Source: Oscillospiraceae bacterium (lineage in GTDB: Bacteria > Bacillota > Clostridia > Oscillospirales > Oscillospiraceae). Taken from it: DNA of 64,000 nucleotides. Location of the stretch: the NCBI GenBank assembly GCA_015067525.1, contig SVMH01000001.1:16959-80958 (forward strand), in the 5' to 3' direction. Below the pieces are notes generated by a model. The model worked only from the letters and a program-made list of their open reading frames with translations. It searched no databases and was not told where the DNA came from. A program made the translations under genes and the position numbers. Below are positions 46,584 to 56,099 of the stretch, one piece after another (the stretch's first letter is position 1; each line of letters starts with the position of its first letter).

Positions 46584-46677
46584 ATTATGACACATCTGGA
46601 TTTTCGATGGCGGTTTTCTGAATAATAGTGAAGAAAATACGCCAGTTTGCTATAAAATCGTAAAAGGAGACACCGTC

Positions 46678-48060
46678 ATGGAAGAAAAGAAGATCCCTTA
46701 TAAAATCTACCTCAGTGAAGATGAGATGCCCCGTGCGTGGTACAATGTCCGCGCCGATATGACCAATAAGCCCGCCCCGCTGCTGGACGGCGAGACCATG
46801 CAGCCCATCACGCTGGAGAAGCTGAGTGAGGTATTCTGCGAGGAGCTGGCACGGCAGGAGATGGACGACACCACCGCGTGGTTTGAGATCCCTGAGGAGA
46901 TCCGCAATTTCTACAAGATGTACCGTCCCTCGCCTCTGGTCCGCGCCTACTGTCTGGAAGAGAAGCTGGGCACGCCTGCCCATATCTACTACAAGTTCGA
47001 GGGCAACAACACCTCCGGCTCCCACAAGCTGAACTCCGCCATCGCGCAGGCCTACTACGCCAAGCGGCAGGGCCTCAAGGGCGTTACTACCGAGACCGGC
47101 GCCGGTCAGTGGGGCACGGCGCTTTCCATGGCCTGCGCCTATCTGGGTCTGGACTGCGAGGTGTTCATGGTCAAGTGCTCCTATGAGCAAAAGCCCTTCC
47201 GCCGCGAGGTGATGCGCACCTACGGCGCCAACGTGACCCCCTCGCCCTCCAACACCACCGCCGTGGGCCGCAAGATCCTGGAGCAGTTCCCCGGCACTTC
47301 CGGCTCCCTGGGCTGCGCCATCAGCGAGGCAGTGGAGGCTGCCACCTCCCGCGAGGGTTACCGCTACGTGCTGGGCAGCGTCCTCTCTCAGGTGCTGCTG
47401 CACCAGACCATCATCGGTCTGGAGACCCAGACGGCGCTGCGCAAGTACGGCATCAAGCCCGACATGATCATCGGCTGCGCCGGCGGCGGCTCTAATCTGG
47501 GCGGCCTCATCGCCCCCTTCGCCGGTGAGATGCTGCGCGGCGAGGCCAACTACCAGCTCATCGCGGTGGAGCCTGCGTCCTGCCCCAGCCTGACTCGCGG
47601 CGTGTACCGCTACGACTACTGCGACACCGGCGCCATCTGCCCGCTGCAGAAGATGTACACTCTGGGCAACGGCTTCATCCCCGCCGCCACCCATTCCGGC
47701 GGCCTGCGCTACCACGGCATGAGCGCCATCGTCTCCCAGCTCTATGAGGACGGACTGATGGAGGCGAGATCCGTGGCCCAGACCGACGTGTTTGCCGCCG
47801 CACAGGAGTTCGCCAAGTGCGAGGGTATCCTGCCTGCTCCCGAGTCCAGCCATGCCATCAAGGTGGCCATCGACGAGGCGCTCAAGTGCAAGGAGACCGG
47901 CGAGAGCAAGACCATCGTCTTCGGCCTCACCGGTACCGGCTACTTTGACATGATGTCCTACGGCAAGTTCAACGATGGGCTGATGACCGACTACGTGCCT
48001 ACGGAAGAAGAGCTGCGGCGCGGCTTCGATTCCATCCCCAAGTTCCCCGGCAACGAATAA
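46678..48060 (+). CDS. trpB2: TrpB2-type tryptophan synthase beta (TrpB-like PLP enzyme)
   Basis: SGSHKLNSA, TTETGAGQWG, GSLGCAISEA, GGGSN and HSGGLRYHG; no trpA nearby. Confidence 0.92.
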   Translation: MEEKKIPYKIYLSEDEMPRAWYNVRADMTNKPAPLLDGETMQPITLEKLSEVFCEELARQEMDDTTAWFEIPEEIRNFYKMYRPSPLVRAYCLEEKLGTPAHIYYKFEGNNTSGSHKLNSAIAQAYYAKRQGLKGVTTETGAGQWGTALSMACAYLGLDCEVFMVKCSYEQKPFRREVMRTYGANVTPSPSNTTAVGRKILEQFPGTSGSLGCAISEAVEAATSREGYRYVLGSVLSQVLLHQTIIGLETQTALRKYGIKPDMIIGCAGGGSNLGGLIAPFAGEMLRGEANYQLIAVEPASCPSLTRGVYRYDYCDTGAICPLQKMYTLGNGFIPAATHSGGLRYHGMSAIVSQLYEDGLMEARSVAQTDVFAAAQEFAKCEGILPAPESSHAIKVAIDEALKCKETGESKTIVFGLTGTGYFDMMSYGKFNDGLMTDYVPTEEELRRGFDSIPKFPGNE

Positions 48061-48136
48061 AAAATCAAGCCGCTTCCACTTGCCGGTGGAGGCGGCTTTT
48101 GCTATACTGAGGAAAACGATGAGGGAGGCTTCCCAT

Positions 48137-49237
48137 ATGAACAAGACGGGTTTTGGCTATCTGCGCCTGCCGCAGTTGGAAACACCGGCGGGCAAGGCGG
48201 TGGACTTGGATGCAGTCAATGCACTGACGGATGAATTTTTATCCCGTGGCGGAGATTACTTCGACACCGCCTATACCTATCTGGAGGGCCGCAGTGAGGA
48301 CGCGCTGCGCCGCTGCCTTGTGCAGCGCCATCCCAGAGAGCGCTTCCGCGTGGCCACCAAGCTGCCCGGGTATAAGATGAAGTCTCTGGCTGACTGCGAG
48401 GCCACCTTCCAAGAGCAGCTGGCGCGCTGCGGCGTGGACTTCTTTGATGTGTACCTCCTCCACTGGCTCAACGAAAAAAACTACGCCATTGCAGAGGAAA
48501 TGGGCCAGTTTGCCTTTTTGCAGCGGCTGAAAGAGGCGGGGAAGGTGAGAGAGACCGGCTTTTCCTACCACGACGGGCCGGAGCTTCTGGACGAGATCCT
48601 CACCAAGCACAGCGAGGTGGACTACGTGCAGCTGCAGCTGAATTATCTGGACTGGGAGAGTCCCGCCCTGCAGGCGCGTCAGCTCTATGAGGTGGCGGTG
48701 CGCCACGGCAAGCGCATCATCGTCATGGAGCCGGTGAAGGGCGGTCAGCTGGCCAAACTCCCCGCGGCGGCGGAGCAGCTGCTGCGGAATATGGATAAAA
48801 ATGCATCCATGGCCTCGTGGGCGGTGCGCTTTGTCATGAGCCTGCCGCAGGTGGAGATCGTGCTGAGCGGCATGAACGAGCTTACGCAGGTGAGGGACAA
48901 CATGCGCGATCTGCAGCCCCTGACGGAAGAGGAAAGCGCACTGTTGCTGCGCGCGGCGGAGCTGATCCGGAAAGACACAGCCATCCCCTGTACCGGCTGC
49001 AGCTACTGTACCGCCGGCTGCCCCATGGCCATTCCCATTCCCCAGTATTTTGCCTTGTATAACGAGTATGCCCGCACGCCGGAGCAGGGCTGGAAGATGG
49101 GCCACGCTTACCGGGCTTTAGCCGCCAAGGGGGGCGCTGCGGCGGACTGCATCACCTGCCGCATGTGCGAGGGGAGCTGCCCGCAAAAGCTGCCCATCAC
49201 GGAGCACCTCCAAGCGGTGGCCAAGGCATTTGCCTAA
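48137..49237 (+). CDS. Aldo/keto reductase with a C-terminal 4Fe-4S dicluster domain
   Basis: YFDTAYTY, YLLH, MEPVKGG, CTGCSYC..CP and CITCRMCEGSCP. Confidence 0.92.
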   Translation: MNKTGFGYLRLPQLETPAGKAVDLDAVNALTDEFLSRGGDYFDTAYTYLEGRSEDALRRCLVQRHPRERFRVATKLPGYKMKSLADCEATFQEQLARCGVDFFDVYLLHWLNEKNYAIAEEMGQFAFLQRLKEAGKVRETGFSYHDGPELLDEILTKHSEVDYVQLQLNYLDWESPALQARQLYEVAVRHGKRIIVMEPVKGGQLAKLPAAAEQLLRNMDKNASMASWAVRFVMSLPQVEIVLSGMNELTQVRDNMRDLQPLTEEESALLLRAAELIRKDTAIPCTGCSYCTAGCPMAIPIPQYFALYNEYARTPEQGWKMGHAYRALAAKGGAAADCITCRMCEGSCPQKLPITEHLQAVAKAFA

Positions 49238-49272
49238 AAAAAGAGTGCAGACAGCTGTCTGCACTCTTTTTT
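49236..49272. terminator. Bidirectional terminator
   Basis: A-tract-GAGTGCAGACAG-CTGTCTGCACTC-T-tract. Confidence 0.8.
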
Positions 49273-49277
49273 CGTTG

Positions 49278-50660
49278 TTACTTGCTCTTGCGTTTGAAGA
49301 TCGCGCTGCGGAACAGCACCACCTGCAGCGCCAGGAAGAAGGCGATGAGGATCACCATGGTCAGCGCCGGCTTCACGGGAGCCAGCGTGGCCAGCAGCAT
49401 CATGGGGAAGCCCAGCGCGATGGCCGGCAGGTTCTGGTAGACCATGTTGTCGGCGGCGGGGGTCTTGAAGTCGCCGTCGATCTCACGCAGCAGGATGACG
49501 CCGGTGCTGGCGGTGCCGGTGAGCATGCCGTACATCATGAGGAACTGCTCCTGCGGATACTCGGGGAACAGCTTCTTGGCCACGATCAGGTTGTAGATAT
49601 AGGTGATGACCAGGCCCACCACGCCCAGGATCAGCATGATGCCCCAGTAGTTTTCCAGAATACCCAGACGGATGGCTGCCACACCGGCCACCACCATCAG
49701 GTCGTAGAAGAAGTTGCTGCAGCGGGTCATGAGGAAGTCGTTGGTGTGCTTGCGGCGTACCAGGCCGCGCTTGTTGAGGAAGTTCAGCACTGCCTTGACG
49801 ATGGCGGCGGCCGCCACGCCCAGCAGGAAGTTGAAGCCGTAGATCACCGACTTCATGCCGGGGATCAGCTGGGCAAGACCGATGATCATCAGCTGGGCGA
49901 TGAAGTAGGACAGGGCGATGAAGGCCAGCTGCACGGTAATCTTGTCCATGCTCTCCTGCATGGGGATCTCGCCCTCGGCCTGGATCTCACCCATATCCAG
50001 AGCGCTGTCGCCGCGGCCGCGGTCGAGAATGTGGCCCTTCTTCTTCAGAATATACAGGTGGGCCACGCCGCCCAGGCTGGCGCTCAAAAAGCCCAGCGCC
50101 GCAATGGTCAGGCCGAAGCTCTTGCCGCCCACGAAGCCATGCTCCAGCTCGTAGATGTTGCCGTAGTTCATGGCCTGGCCGGTGCCCTGACCGTAGCCGA
50201 AGGGCAGCAGGATACCGGCGGCAGGGAAGAAGCCGTCGATGATGAGAGCTGCCACCAGCGTGATGCCGAAGCCCACCACGGCCTGCAGCAGGTAGGTGGA
50301 CACGGTGGTGACGCCGGTGTTGAGGATCTCATTGGTTCTCTTTTTCGTCAGCTTGCCGCCGCCTGCCTTCAGCGTGGAGGCGACGAAGCCCAGGGCCAGG
50401 CAGTGGTAGGTGATGATCTCCAGCGTGGTGGTGCCGCTCTCGCCGAAGAAGGGCTCATCGAACATCACATCGCCGGTAATGAGCTTATAGATACCGGCCA
50501 CGATCAGCAGAATGCCGCCGCCCAGCACCGAGGTGGGGATCAGGGAAGCATTGAGGATGGGCACTACCTTTTTCAGCGCCTTGGCAGCCAGCAGGCTCAT
50601 CAGCAGAACGGCCAGTACGTTGAACCAGCCCCATACACTAAAGTCCCAAAAATTTTCCAT
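49278..50660 (-). CDS. Sodium/glutamate symporter (GltS/ESS)-like transporter
   Basis: IPTSVLGG, PFGYGQGTGQA and YGMLTGTASTG re-entrant loop motifs. Confidence 0.78.
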   Translation of the reverse strand: MENFWDFSVWGWFNVLAVLLMSLLAAKALKKVVPILNASLIPTSVLGGGILLIVAGIYKLITGDVMFDEPFFGESGTTTLEIITYHCLALGFVASTLKAGGGKLTKKRTNEILNTGVTTVSTYLLQAVVGFGITLVAALIIDGFFPAAGILLPFGYGQGTGQAMNYGNIYELEHGFVGGKSFGLTIAALGFLSASLGGVAHLYILKKKGHILDRGRGDSALDMGEIQAEGEIPMQESMDKITVQLAFIALSYFIAQLMIIGLAQLIPGMKSVIYGFNFLLGVAAAAIVKAVLNFLNKRGLVRRKHTNDFLMTRCSNFFYDLMVVAGVAAIRLGILENYWGIMLILGVVGLVITYIYNLIVAKKLFPEYPQEQFLMMYGMLTGTASTGVILLREIDGDFKTPAADNMVYQNLPAIALGFPMMLLATLAPVKPALTMVILIAFFLALQVVLFRSAIFKRKSK

Positions 50661-51852
50661 GTTCCGCTCCTTCCCGGCAGTTCTGCCAGTGATAGAATAT
50701 GTTGACATAACGCAGGGCGTTGAATCGCTCGCTGCCCCAGAATTGATAGAGCTTGTCGCCGATGTAGAGATTGATCTTGTTCTTGCCCAGCACCGTCACC
50801 GTACCGGTCTCATCAAAGCGGAAGGTGTAAAGGGGAAGTGCTTCATCACCCACTTCAATACGGTCTCCGTACAGCCGCAGCTGGGTGGTTTCCTCCACCA
50901 GCACCTTGTTTTGGTAGGGGATGACCTCCCACATTTTGACCGTGTCGCGGTACAGGGGTGTATCGGCCCAGGGGGCCAGATCCAGATGGTTGACATAATT
51001 CTCCTGATACTCGTACCACTGGGCCACATGGGGGAAGGGGAAGTCGCAGTTCACACCCTGCAGCTCCGTGGTGGGGAGGTAGCGGATCTGCATCTCGCAC
51101 TTTTTGCAGGTGATGATATCGCCGCGGCTTTCAAACTCGCTCAGGCCGCAGTGGGGGCAGACGTACATGGCCCGCTCCAGATACTGGGCCAGCTGGGGGT
51201 GGTGGTACTCGTGGTGGTTGTTGGCTTCATCCACATAGATCTCGCGCGTCAGCAGCGCATGGAGCTCGTCGTTGGAGAGGGAGAGGTACTCCTCCGGCTC
51301 GATGACGCGGGAGACATAGCCGCGCATTTTTCCGCGGCGCACCACATCGCTCCAGCGGGGGTGGATGCCGTAGCCGCCCTCAATGCGGAAGATGGCCAGC
51401 GGCAGCTTGAGCATCTTTACCATCTTGATGATGGCGGGGTTGAAGTAGCCGGTGCGGCCGGAGAAGGTGCGGTTGCCCTCCGGCGCCAGGGCGATGGTGC
51501 CGCCCTCCTTGGCCACGGTCATGCACATGCGCATGGCTTTGAGGTCGGTGGTCTGCTTTTTGATGGGGATGGGGGCAGCGATCCACTCGATGAGGCGGGA
51601 GACCCAGCCCATGGAGAACAGATCCTCGCTGGCGATAAAATACACCGGCTGGCGGAAGGCCATGGAGATGAAGAACTGGTCAAAGGCGGTCTGATGGTTC
51701 ATGACCACCAGATACTGCCGGCCGTTTTCCTCACGGAAGGGATCTACCTTGATGCCGTATTTCCACTTGGTATAAGTGCCGATCAGAGGGCGCAGAATTT
51801 CCAGCAGGATCTTGTGCCGCCTGCGTACCCAGGGCTGTTTTTTCTTGTTCAT
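50638..51852 (-). CDS. PlsC-like lysophospholipid acyltransferase with a C-terminal Zn-ribbon extension
   Basis: NHQTAFD (HX4D), PEGNRT and CPHC...CKKC. Confidence 0.85.
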   Translation of the reverse strand: MNKKKQPWVRRRHKILLEILRPLIGTYTKWKYGIKVDPFREENGRQYLVVMNHQTAFDQFFISMAFRQPVYFIASEDLFSMGWVSRLIEWIAAPIPIKKQTTDLKAMRMCMTVAKEGGTIALAPEGNRTFSGRTGYFNPAIIKMVKMLKLPLAIFRIEGGYGIHPRWSDVVRRGKMRGYVSRVIEPEEYLSLSNDELHALLTREIYVDEANNHHEYHHPQLAQYLERAMYVCPHCGLSEFESRGDIITCKKCEMQIRYLPTTELQGVNCDFPFPHVAQWYEYQENYVNHLDLAPWADTPLYRDTVKMWEVIPYQNKVLVEETTQLRLYGDRIEVGDEALPLYTFRFDETGTVTVLGKNKINLYIGDKLYQFWGSERFNALRYVNIFYHWQNCREGAEHGKFLGL

Positions 51853-52054
51853 AGGGCATCCTTTCTTGGGATGAATGAATTACTGAACACAGTATAGCAC
51901 TTCTGTCATATTACGACAAGAGAAATATCAATTTTCGTTGATTCTTAACACAAAAGAGGGCTTTGCGGCGGTACTTGACGAGCGGTTGATTTTCAGCTAA
52001 AATAGGGCAAAATGGTTGATTATGCCCATTTCTCACCAAGGAGGTTTTTCATAG

Positions 52055-53335
52055 ATGGCAAACGGATTTATCGACAAGGCCCGGATCACCGTGCGCGCCG
52101 GCAACGGCGGCAACGGCGCGGTGGCGTTTCACCGGGAAAAATATGTAGCGGCCGGCGGCCCCGACGGCGGCGACGGCGGCAACGGCGGCAGCATCATCCT
52201 GCAGGTGGACGACAACATGTCCACGCTGATGGACTTCCGCTATAAGCGCAAGTATGTGGCCACCAACGGTATGGACGGTCAGGGCGGCCGCCGCACCGGC
52301 AAGGACGGCCAGAGCCTCATTATTAAAGTCCCCCGCGGCACGCTGGTGCGCCACGCGGAGACCGGCGAGATCATCAAGGATATGTCCGGCAGCGAGCCCT
52401 ACGTCCTTTGTAAGGGCGGCAAGGGCGGCTGGGGCAACCAGCATTTTGCCACCCCCACCCGTCAGGTGCCCCGCTTTGCCAAGGCGGGCCTGCCCGGCGA
52501 GAGTCTGGACGTGTTTCTGGAGCTGAAGCTGCTGGCCGACGTGGGTCTGGTGGGCTTCCCCAATGTGGGTAAGTCTACGCTCCTGAGCGTGGTCAGCAAG
52601 GCCCATCCCAAGATCGCCAACTACCACTTCACCACCCTCTATCCCAATCTGGGCGTGGTGTATGTGGATGAGGGCGTCAGCTTTGTCATGGCCGATATTC
52701 CCGGCATCATTGAGGGCGCCAGCGAGGGCGCAGGCCTTGGCCACGACTTCCTGCGCCACATCGACCGCTGCCGATTGCTGGTGCATCTGGTGGATGTATC
52801 CGGCAGCGAGGGCCGCGACCCCATCGAGGACTTTGACACCATCAACGCAGAGCTGCAGCAGTACAGCGCCGACCTGGCCTCCCGCCCCCAGATCGTGGTG
52901 GCCAACAAGACGGACCTTTTGATGGACCGCGAGAAGCTGGACGCCTTCCGCGCCCACGTGGAAGAGCTGGGCTACACCTTTATGGAGATGTCCGCCGCCA
53001 CCCATCAGGGCACCCGTGAGCTGGTGCAGCGCATCGCCGCCGAGCTCTCGGAGCTGCCTCCCGTCATCGTCTACGAGCCGGAGTATGTGCCCCGCCCGCC
53101 CCAGATCGACACCAGCGAGCCGCTGGAGATCACCCGTGAGGGCGATACGTGGCTGGTGGATGGCCCGTGGCTGCAGCGCCTCATGGCCAATGTCAACTTC
53201 TCCGACTACGAAAGCCGTATGTATTTTGACAAGATGCTGCGCCAGAGCGGCCTTTTCGACCGGCTGGAGGAGATGGGCATCCAGGACGGCCACATCGTGT
53301 CCCTCTACAATCTGGAGTTTGAGTATCAGCGGTAA
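52055..53335 (+). CDS. obgE: GTPase ObgE
   Basis: Gly-rich Obg domain, GFPNVGKST, DIPG and NKTD; promoter TTGACG(51975)-17-TAAAAT(51998). Confidence 0.97.
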   Translation: MANGFIDKARITVRAGNGGNGAVAFHREKYVAAGGPDGGDGGNGGSIILQVDDNMSTLMDFRYKRKYVATNGMDGQGGRRTGKDGQSLIIKVPRGTLVRHAETGEIIKDMSGSEPYVLCKGGKGGWGNQHFATPTRQVPRFAKAGLPGESLDVFLELKLLADVGLVGFPNVGKSTLLSVVSKAHPKIANYHFTTLYPNLGVVYVDEGVSFVMADIPGIIEGASEGAGLGHDFLRHIDRCRLLVHLVDVSGSEGRDPIEDFDTINAELQQYSADLASRPQIVVANKTDLLMDREKLDAFRAHVEELGYTFMEMSAATHQGTRELVQRIAAELSELPPVIVYEPEYVPRPPQIDTSEPLEITREGDTWLVDGPWLQRLMANVNFSDYESRMYFDKMLRQSGLFDRLEEMGIQDGHIVSLYNLEFEYQR

Positions 53336-53515
53336 AGTTCTTCAAAAAAGCGGCAGATGCCGCTTTTTTGATTTTTTGAGAAAGGCTGCTGCTGCGGCAG
53401 GCCGAGGTCGGCCCCGCATCTTTAGGTGGGGTCTGCCGAGGGCATTACCGCTGGGCCGAGGCTGACAGGACAAGCCGTTAGTGTCGTAGGGAGTCCGTGA
53501 GCGTAAGCGATACGG

Positions 53516-53580
53516 ACAATCTCTCAGTCAGTTTCGCATCCCAAAGGCTCTCTTTACACAGGGGAGCTTTTGGGATGCGA
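53516..53580. repeat. REP-like element with a 20-bp hairpin
   Basis: ACAATCTCTCAGTCAG followed by TCGCATCCCAAAGGCTCTCT-ttacac-AGGGGAGCTTTTGGGATGCGA. Confidence 0.5.
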
Positions 53581-53830
53581 TGAAATGCAAGAGACAGTTC
53601 GCTTTGCGTGTTGGTCACGTGGTGGGTTCCATAGGGCTTTGCCCGCATAGGAAATACCTCGGCTTTGCCGGAGATATTTATTTGATTGGCGGAATATATA
53701 AAAATGTATTAAATTTGACTTGGGGATTTGGAAAATACGCCAACGCTATTGTGTCCTATAAAAATTTATGATATATTAAACATGGTATTATCCTTGGCAG
53801 AAAATTGGTTGAATAATAGGAAGGTAAATT

Positions 53831-54058
53831 ATGATGAAGTACGATCTGCACAAACTGTTTGTGGGTATTTCTCTGCAGCTGACTGGTATTGCAGGTGCCC
53901 TGCTGCTTCAGGTGCTGGTTTCGGAGGGAGCTGACGGCGGTGGATTGGCAACAATCATTGCTGTCTGGGGGCTCTATGTTTCTCCTGTACTGGTTTTGGC
54001 GGGACTCATCCGGGTCATTACCGCCAAGGAAAAAAGCAACGCATCGAAGGAAGAATGA
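53831..54058 (+). CDS. Small 2-TM hypothetical protein with lower GC
   Basis: GGAAGG RBS, two hydrophobic segments, AT-rich upstream region. Confidence 0.6.
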   Translation: MMKYDLHKLFVGISLQLTGIAGALLLQVLVSEGADGGGLATIIAVWGLYVSPVLVLAGLIRVITAKEKSNASKEE

Positions 54059-54069
54059 ACTTCCGCTTC

Positions 54070-54110
54070 GCATAAACACCGCACCTCCGCGCAGACTATG
54101 CGCGGAGGTG
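54070..54110 (+). promoter_or_regulatory. SigmaG-type promoter embedded in an RBS-sequestering hairpin
   Basis: GCATA-N17-CAGACTA; stem CACCTCCGCGCA/TGCGCGGAGGTG. Confidence 0.65.
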
Positions 54111-54117
54111 TTTTCGT

Positions 54118-54291
54118 ATGTCTGATCCCTTAACCGATCTTCTCAACCGCAACGCGGCGGCCTATACCTTTTTCTATTCTCTCTCCCCTGAGACGCAGAC
54201 CGCCCTGCGGCAAAAGGAGATCCACACCCTGCCCGAGCTGCACCGCGCGGCCTCGGATGTGGCGATGCAGCAGCGCCCGCAGGCATTTTGA
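54118..54291 (+). CDS. 57-aa hypothetical protein (probably a forespore protein), missing from the ORF track
   Basis: MSDPLTDLLNRNAAAYTFFYSLSPETQTALRQKEIHTLPELHRAASDVAMQQRPQAF; GGAGGTG RBS 7 nt upstream. Confidence 0.72.
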   Translation: MSDPLTDLLNRNAAAYTFFYSLSPETQTALRQKEIHTLPELHRAASDVAMQQRPQAF

Positions 54292-54305
54292 AAGGAGCAA
54301 ACGCA

Positions 54306-54740
54306 ATGTCCACCAAGGAGACCATTTCCATTTTGAAAGAGTGTGACGCCGGGGTCAAGATGGCCCTCGCGTCTTTGGACGATGTGTGGGAGCACGTGCA
54401 GCACTCGGAGCTGCGCGCCATCCTCAACACCACCCGCGCCCAGCACCAGTCGGTGGGGCGTGAGGTGCAGCAGCTGCTGGAGGAGTACGGCGGCCGCGAG
54501 AAAGATCCCAACGGCGTGGCGCGGAAGATGTCCGCCGTGGTGACCAAAACCCGTCTGGGGCTGGAGAAGTCCGACACCGCCTGCGCCCGCGTGCTGGCCG
54601 AGGGCTGCGACATGGGCATCCAGAGCCTGCACCGCTATCTCAACCGCTACCGCGGCGCGGAGGTGCCCGCCCGCGCCCTGTGCCGCACGCTGGTGGCCAT
54701 CGAGGAGCAGCTGAGCCGCGATCTGCGGCAGTTCATGTGA
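54306..54740 (+). CDS. Ferritin-like four-helix hypothetical protein (probably spore associated)
   Basis: AAAGGAG RBS; helical pattern LKECDAGVKMA...EGCDMGIQSL. Confidence 0.7.
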   Translation: MSTKETISILKECDAGVKMALASLDDVWEHVQHSELRAILNTTRAQHQSVGREVQQLLEEYGGREKDPNGVARKMSAVVTKTRLGLEKSDTACARVLAEGCDMGIQSLHRYLNRYRGAEVPARALCRTLVAIEEQLSRDLRQFM

Positions 54741-54890
54741 AAAGGAGGCCTGCAAGGCCTCTTTTTCCTTAAAAAAGTGTCGAAAAATCGTCGTTTTAGC
54801 CGAATTTACGACAGGTATTGCATTTTTTCGCGCAGCGTCTCATAATGAAGAAAATAAGCCCTGTGCGGCGGAAAAACAGGAGGCGCCCCT

Positions 54891-56048
54891 ATGAAGATCA
54901 CCGATATCAAGACCTATATCGTGCCCACCATTCAGGCCAGTGAGGTCACCTATCACTGGAGCGGCACCAAGCAGTTCCTCATGGTGAAGGTGGAGACCGA
55001 CGAGGGCATCGAGGGCTGGGGCGAGTGCTACACGCTGGCTGACCGCGAGCGCTCCACCGCCATGCACGTGGAGGAGATGAAGGCCTATCTGGTGGGTTCC
55101 GATCCCACCCGTATCCGCTATTTCCGCCACTGGGTGTATAACCTGTTCGGTGAGCGGCGCCCCGGCATCGACCTGTACTGCGCCGCCAGCGGCATTGAGA
55201 TCGCCATGTGGGATATCCTGGGCAAGAAGTTGGGCGTGCCGGTCTATACGCTGCTGGGCGGACCGGTGCACAAGAAGCTGAAGGCCTACGCCAACATCGG
55301 CCCCGACGGCGTGAAAACGCCCCAGCAGGAGGTGGAGATGGCGCTGGAGCTGGCACGTGCCAACGGCTACCGCGCCTTCAAGCTCTATCCCTTCGCCAAC
55401 GACGAGACGGAGGATCAGATGGTGGAGCGCATCGCCTATTTCCGCGAGGGCATCGGCAACGACTATGAGATCATGATCGACGTGTGGCGCACGCCGGAGG
55501 CGCGCCTTGCGCTGGATGTGGCGCGGCGCATCGAGAAGTATCACATCACGTGGTACGAAGAACCCATCGGTCCGGACGATCTGGACGTGCTGGCCCAGCT
55601 GAAGGCGGGCACCACCCTGCCGCTGGTGGCCGGCGAGGCCATGTACGGCAAGCGCTGGTTCAACGAGGTGTGTAAGCGCAACTGCGTGGACTACATCAAT
55701 CCCGACATCAGCGTAGTGGGCGGCATCAGCGAGATGCTGGACATTGCCGCCATCGCCGAGGCCAACTACATCAAGGTGGGCCCCCACAACTGCAACAGCT
55801 CCACGGTGGCCCTCAACGCCACGGTGCACGCCGCCTGCGTCATGCCCAACCTCACTGCCATCGAGACCTTCCCCTGGCACGTGGAGATCGGCGACAAGAT
55901 GTGCCGCAACCAGCTCAAGGTGGTGGACGGCTTCCTGACGCTGCCGGAGGGCCCGGGCCTTGGCATCGAGATGGACGAGGCGTATCTGGCATCCCTGCCC
56001 TACGAGCCCCGTCCCCCCAAGGGCTGGAAGAATCTGCTGAACATCTGA
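54891..56048 (+). CDS. Mandelate racemase/muconate lactonizing enzyme family (DgoD-like acid-sugar dehydratase)
   Basis: ETDEGIEGWGE, SGIEIAMWDILGK, KLY, D/E/E metal ligands (IDVW, YEEP, AGE) and PHN. Confidence 0.9.
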   Translation: MKITDIKTYIVPTIQASEVTYHWSGTKQFLMVKVETDEGIEGWGECYTLADRERSTAMHVEEMKAYLVGSDPTRIRYFRHWVYNLFGERRPGIDLYCAASGIEIAMWDILGKKLGVPVYTLLGGPVHKKLKAYANIGPDGVKTPQQEVEMALELARANGYRAFKLYPFANDETEDQMVERIAYFREGIGNDYEIMIDVWRTPEARLALDVARRIEKYHITWYEEPIGPDDLDVLAQLKAGTTLPLVAGEAMYGKRWFNEVCKRNCVDYINPDISVVGGISEMLDIAAIAEANYIKVGPHNCNSSTVALNATVHAACVMPNLTAIETFPWHVEIGDKMCRNQLKVVDGFLTLPEGPGLGIEMDEAYLASLPYEPRPPKGWKNLLNI

Positions 56049-56054
56049 ACGTGT

Positions 56055-56092
56055 AAAAAAAGACCCGAAGCACCGCGCTTCGGGTCTTTTTT
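56055..56092. terminator. Bidirectional terminator
   Basis: A7-GACCCGAAGC-accgc-GCTTCGGGTC-T6. Confidence 0.85.
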
Positions 56093-56099
56093 ATGCTCT

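Noticed and set aside
46612-46626. CodY-like box between the T-box and trpB2
   Set aside because: Four mismatches to AATTTTCWGAAAATT in AT-rich DNA; too weak.
53700-54075. Cassette-type GACAAA..TTTG ends around the 75-aa ORF
   Set aside because: Only partial resemblance (GACTTGGGGATTTG), with no matching partner at the other end.
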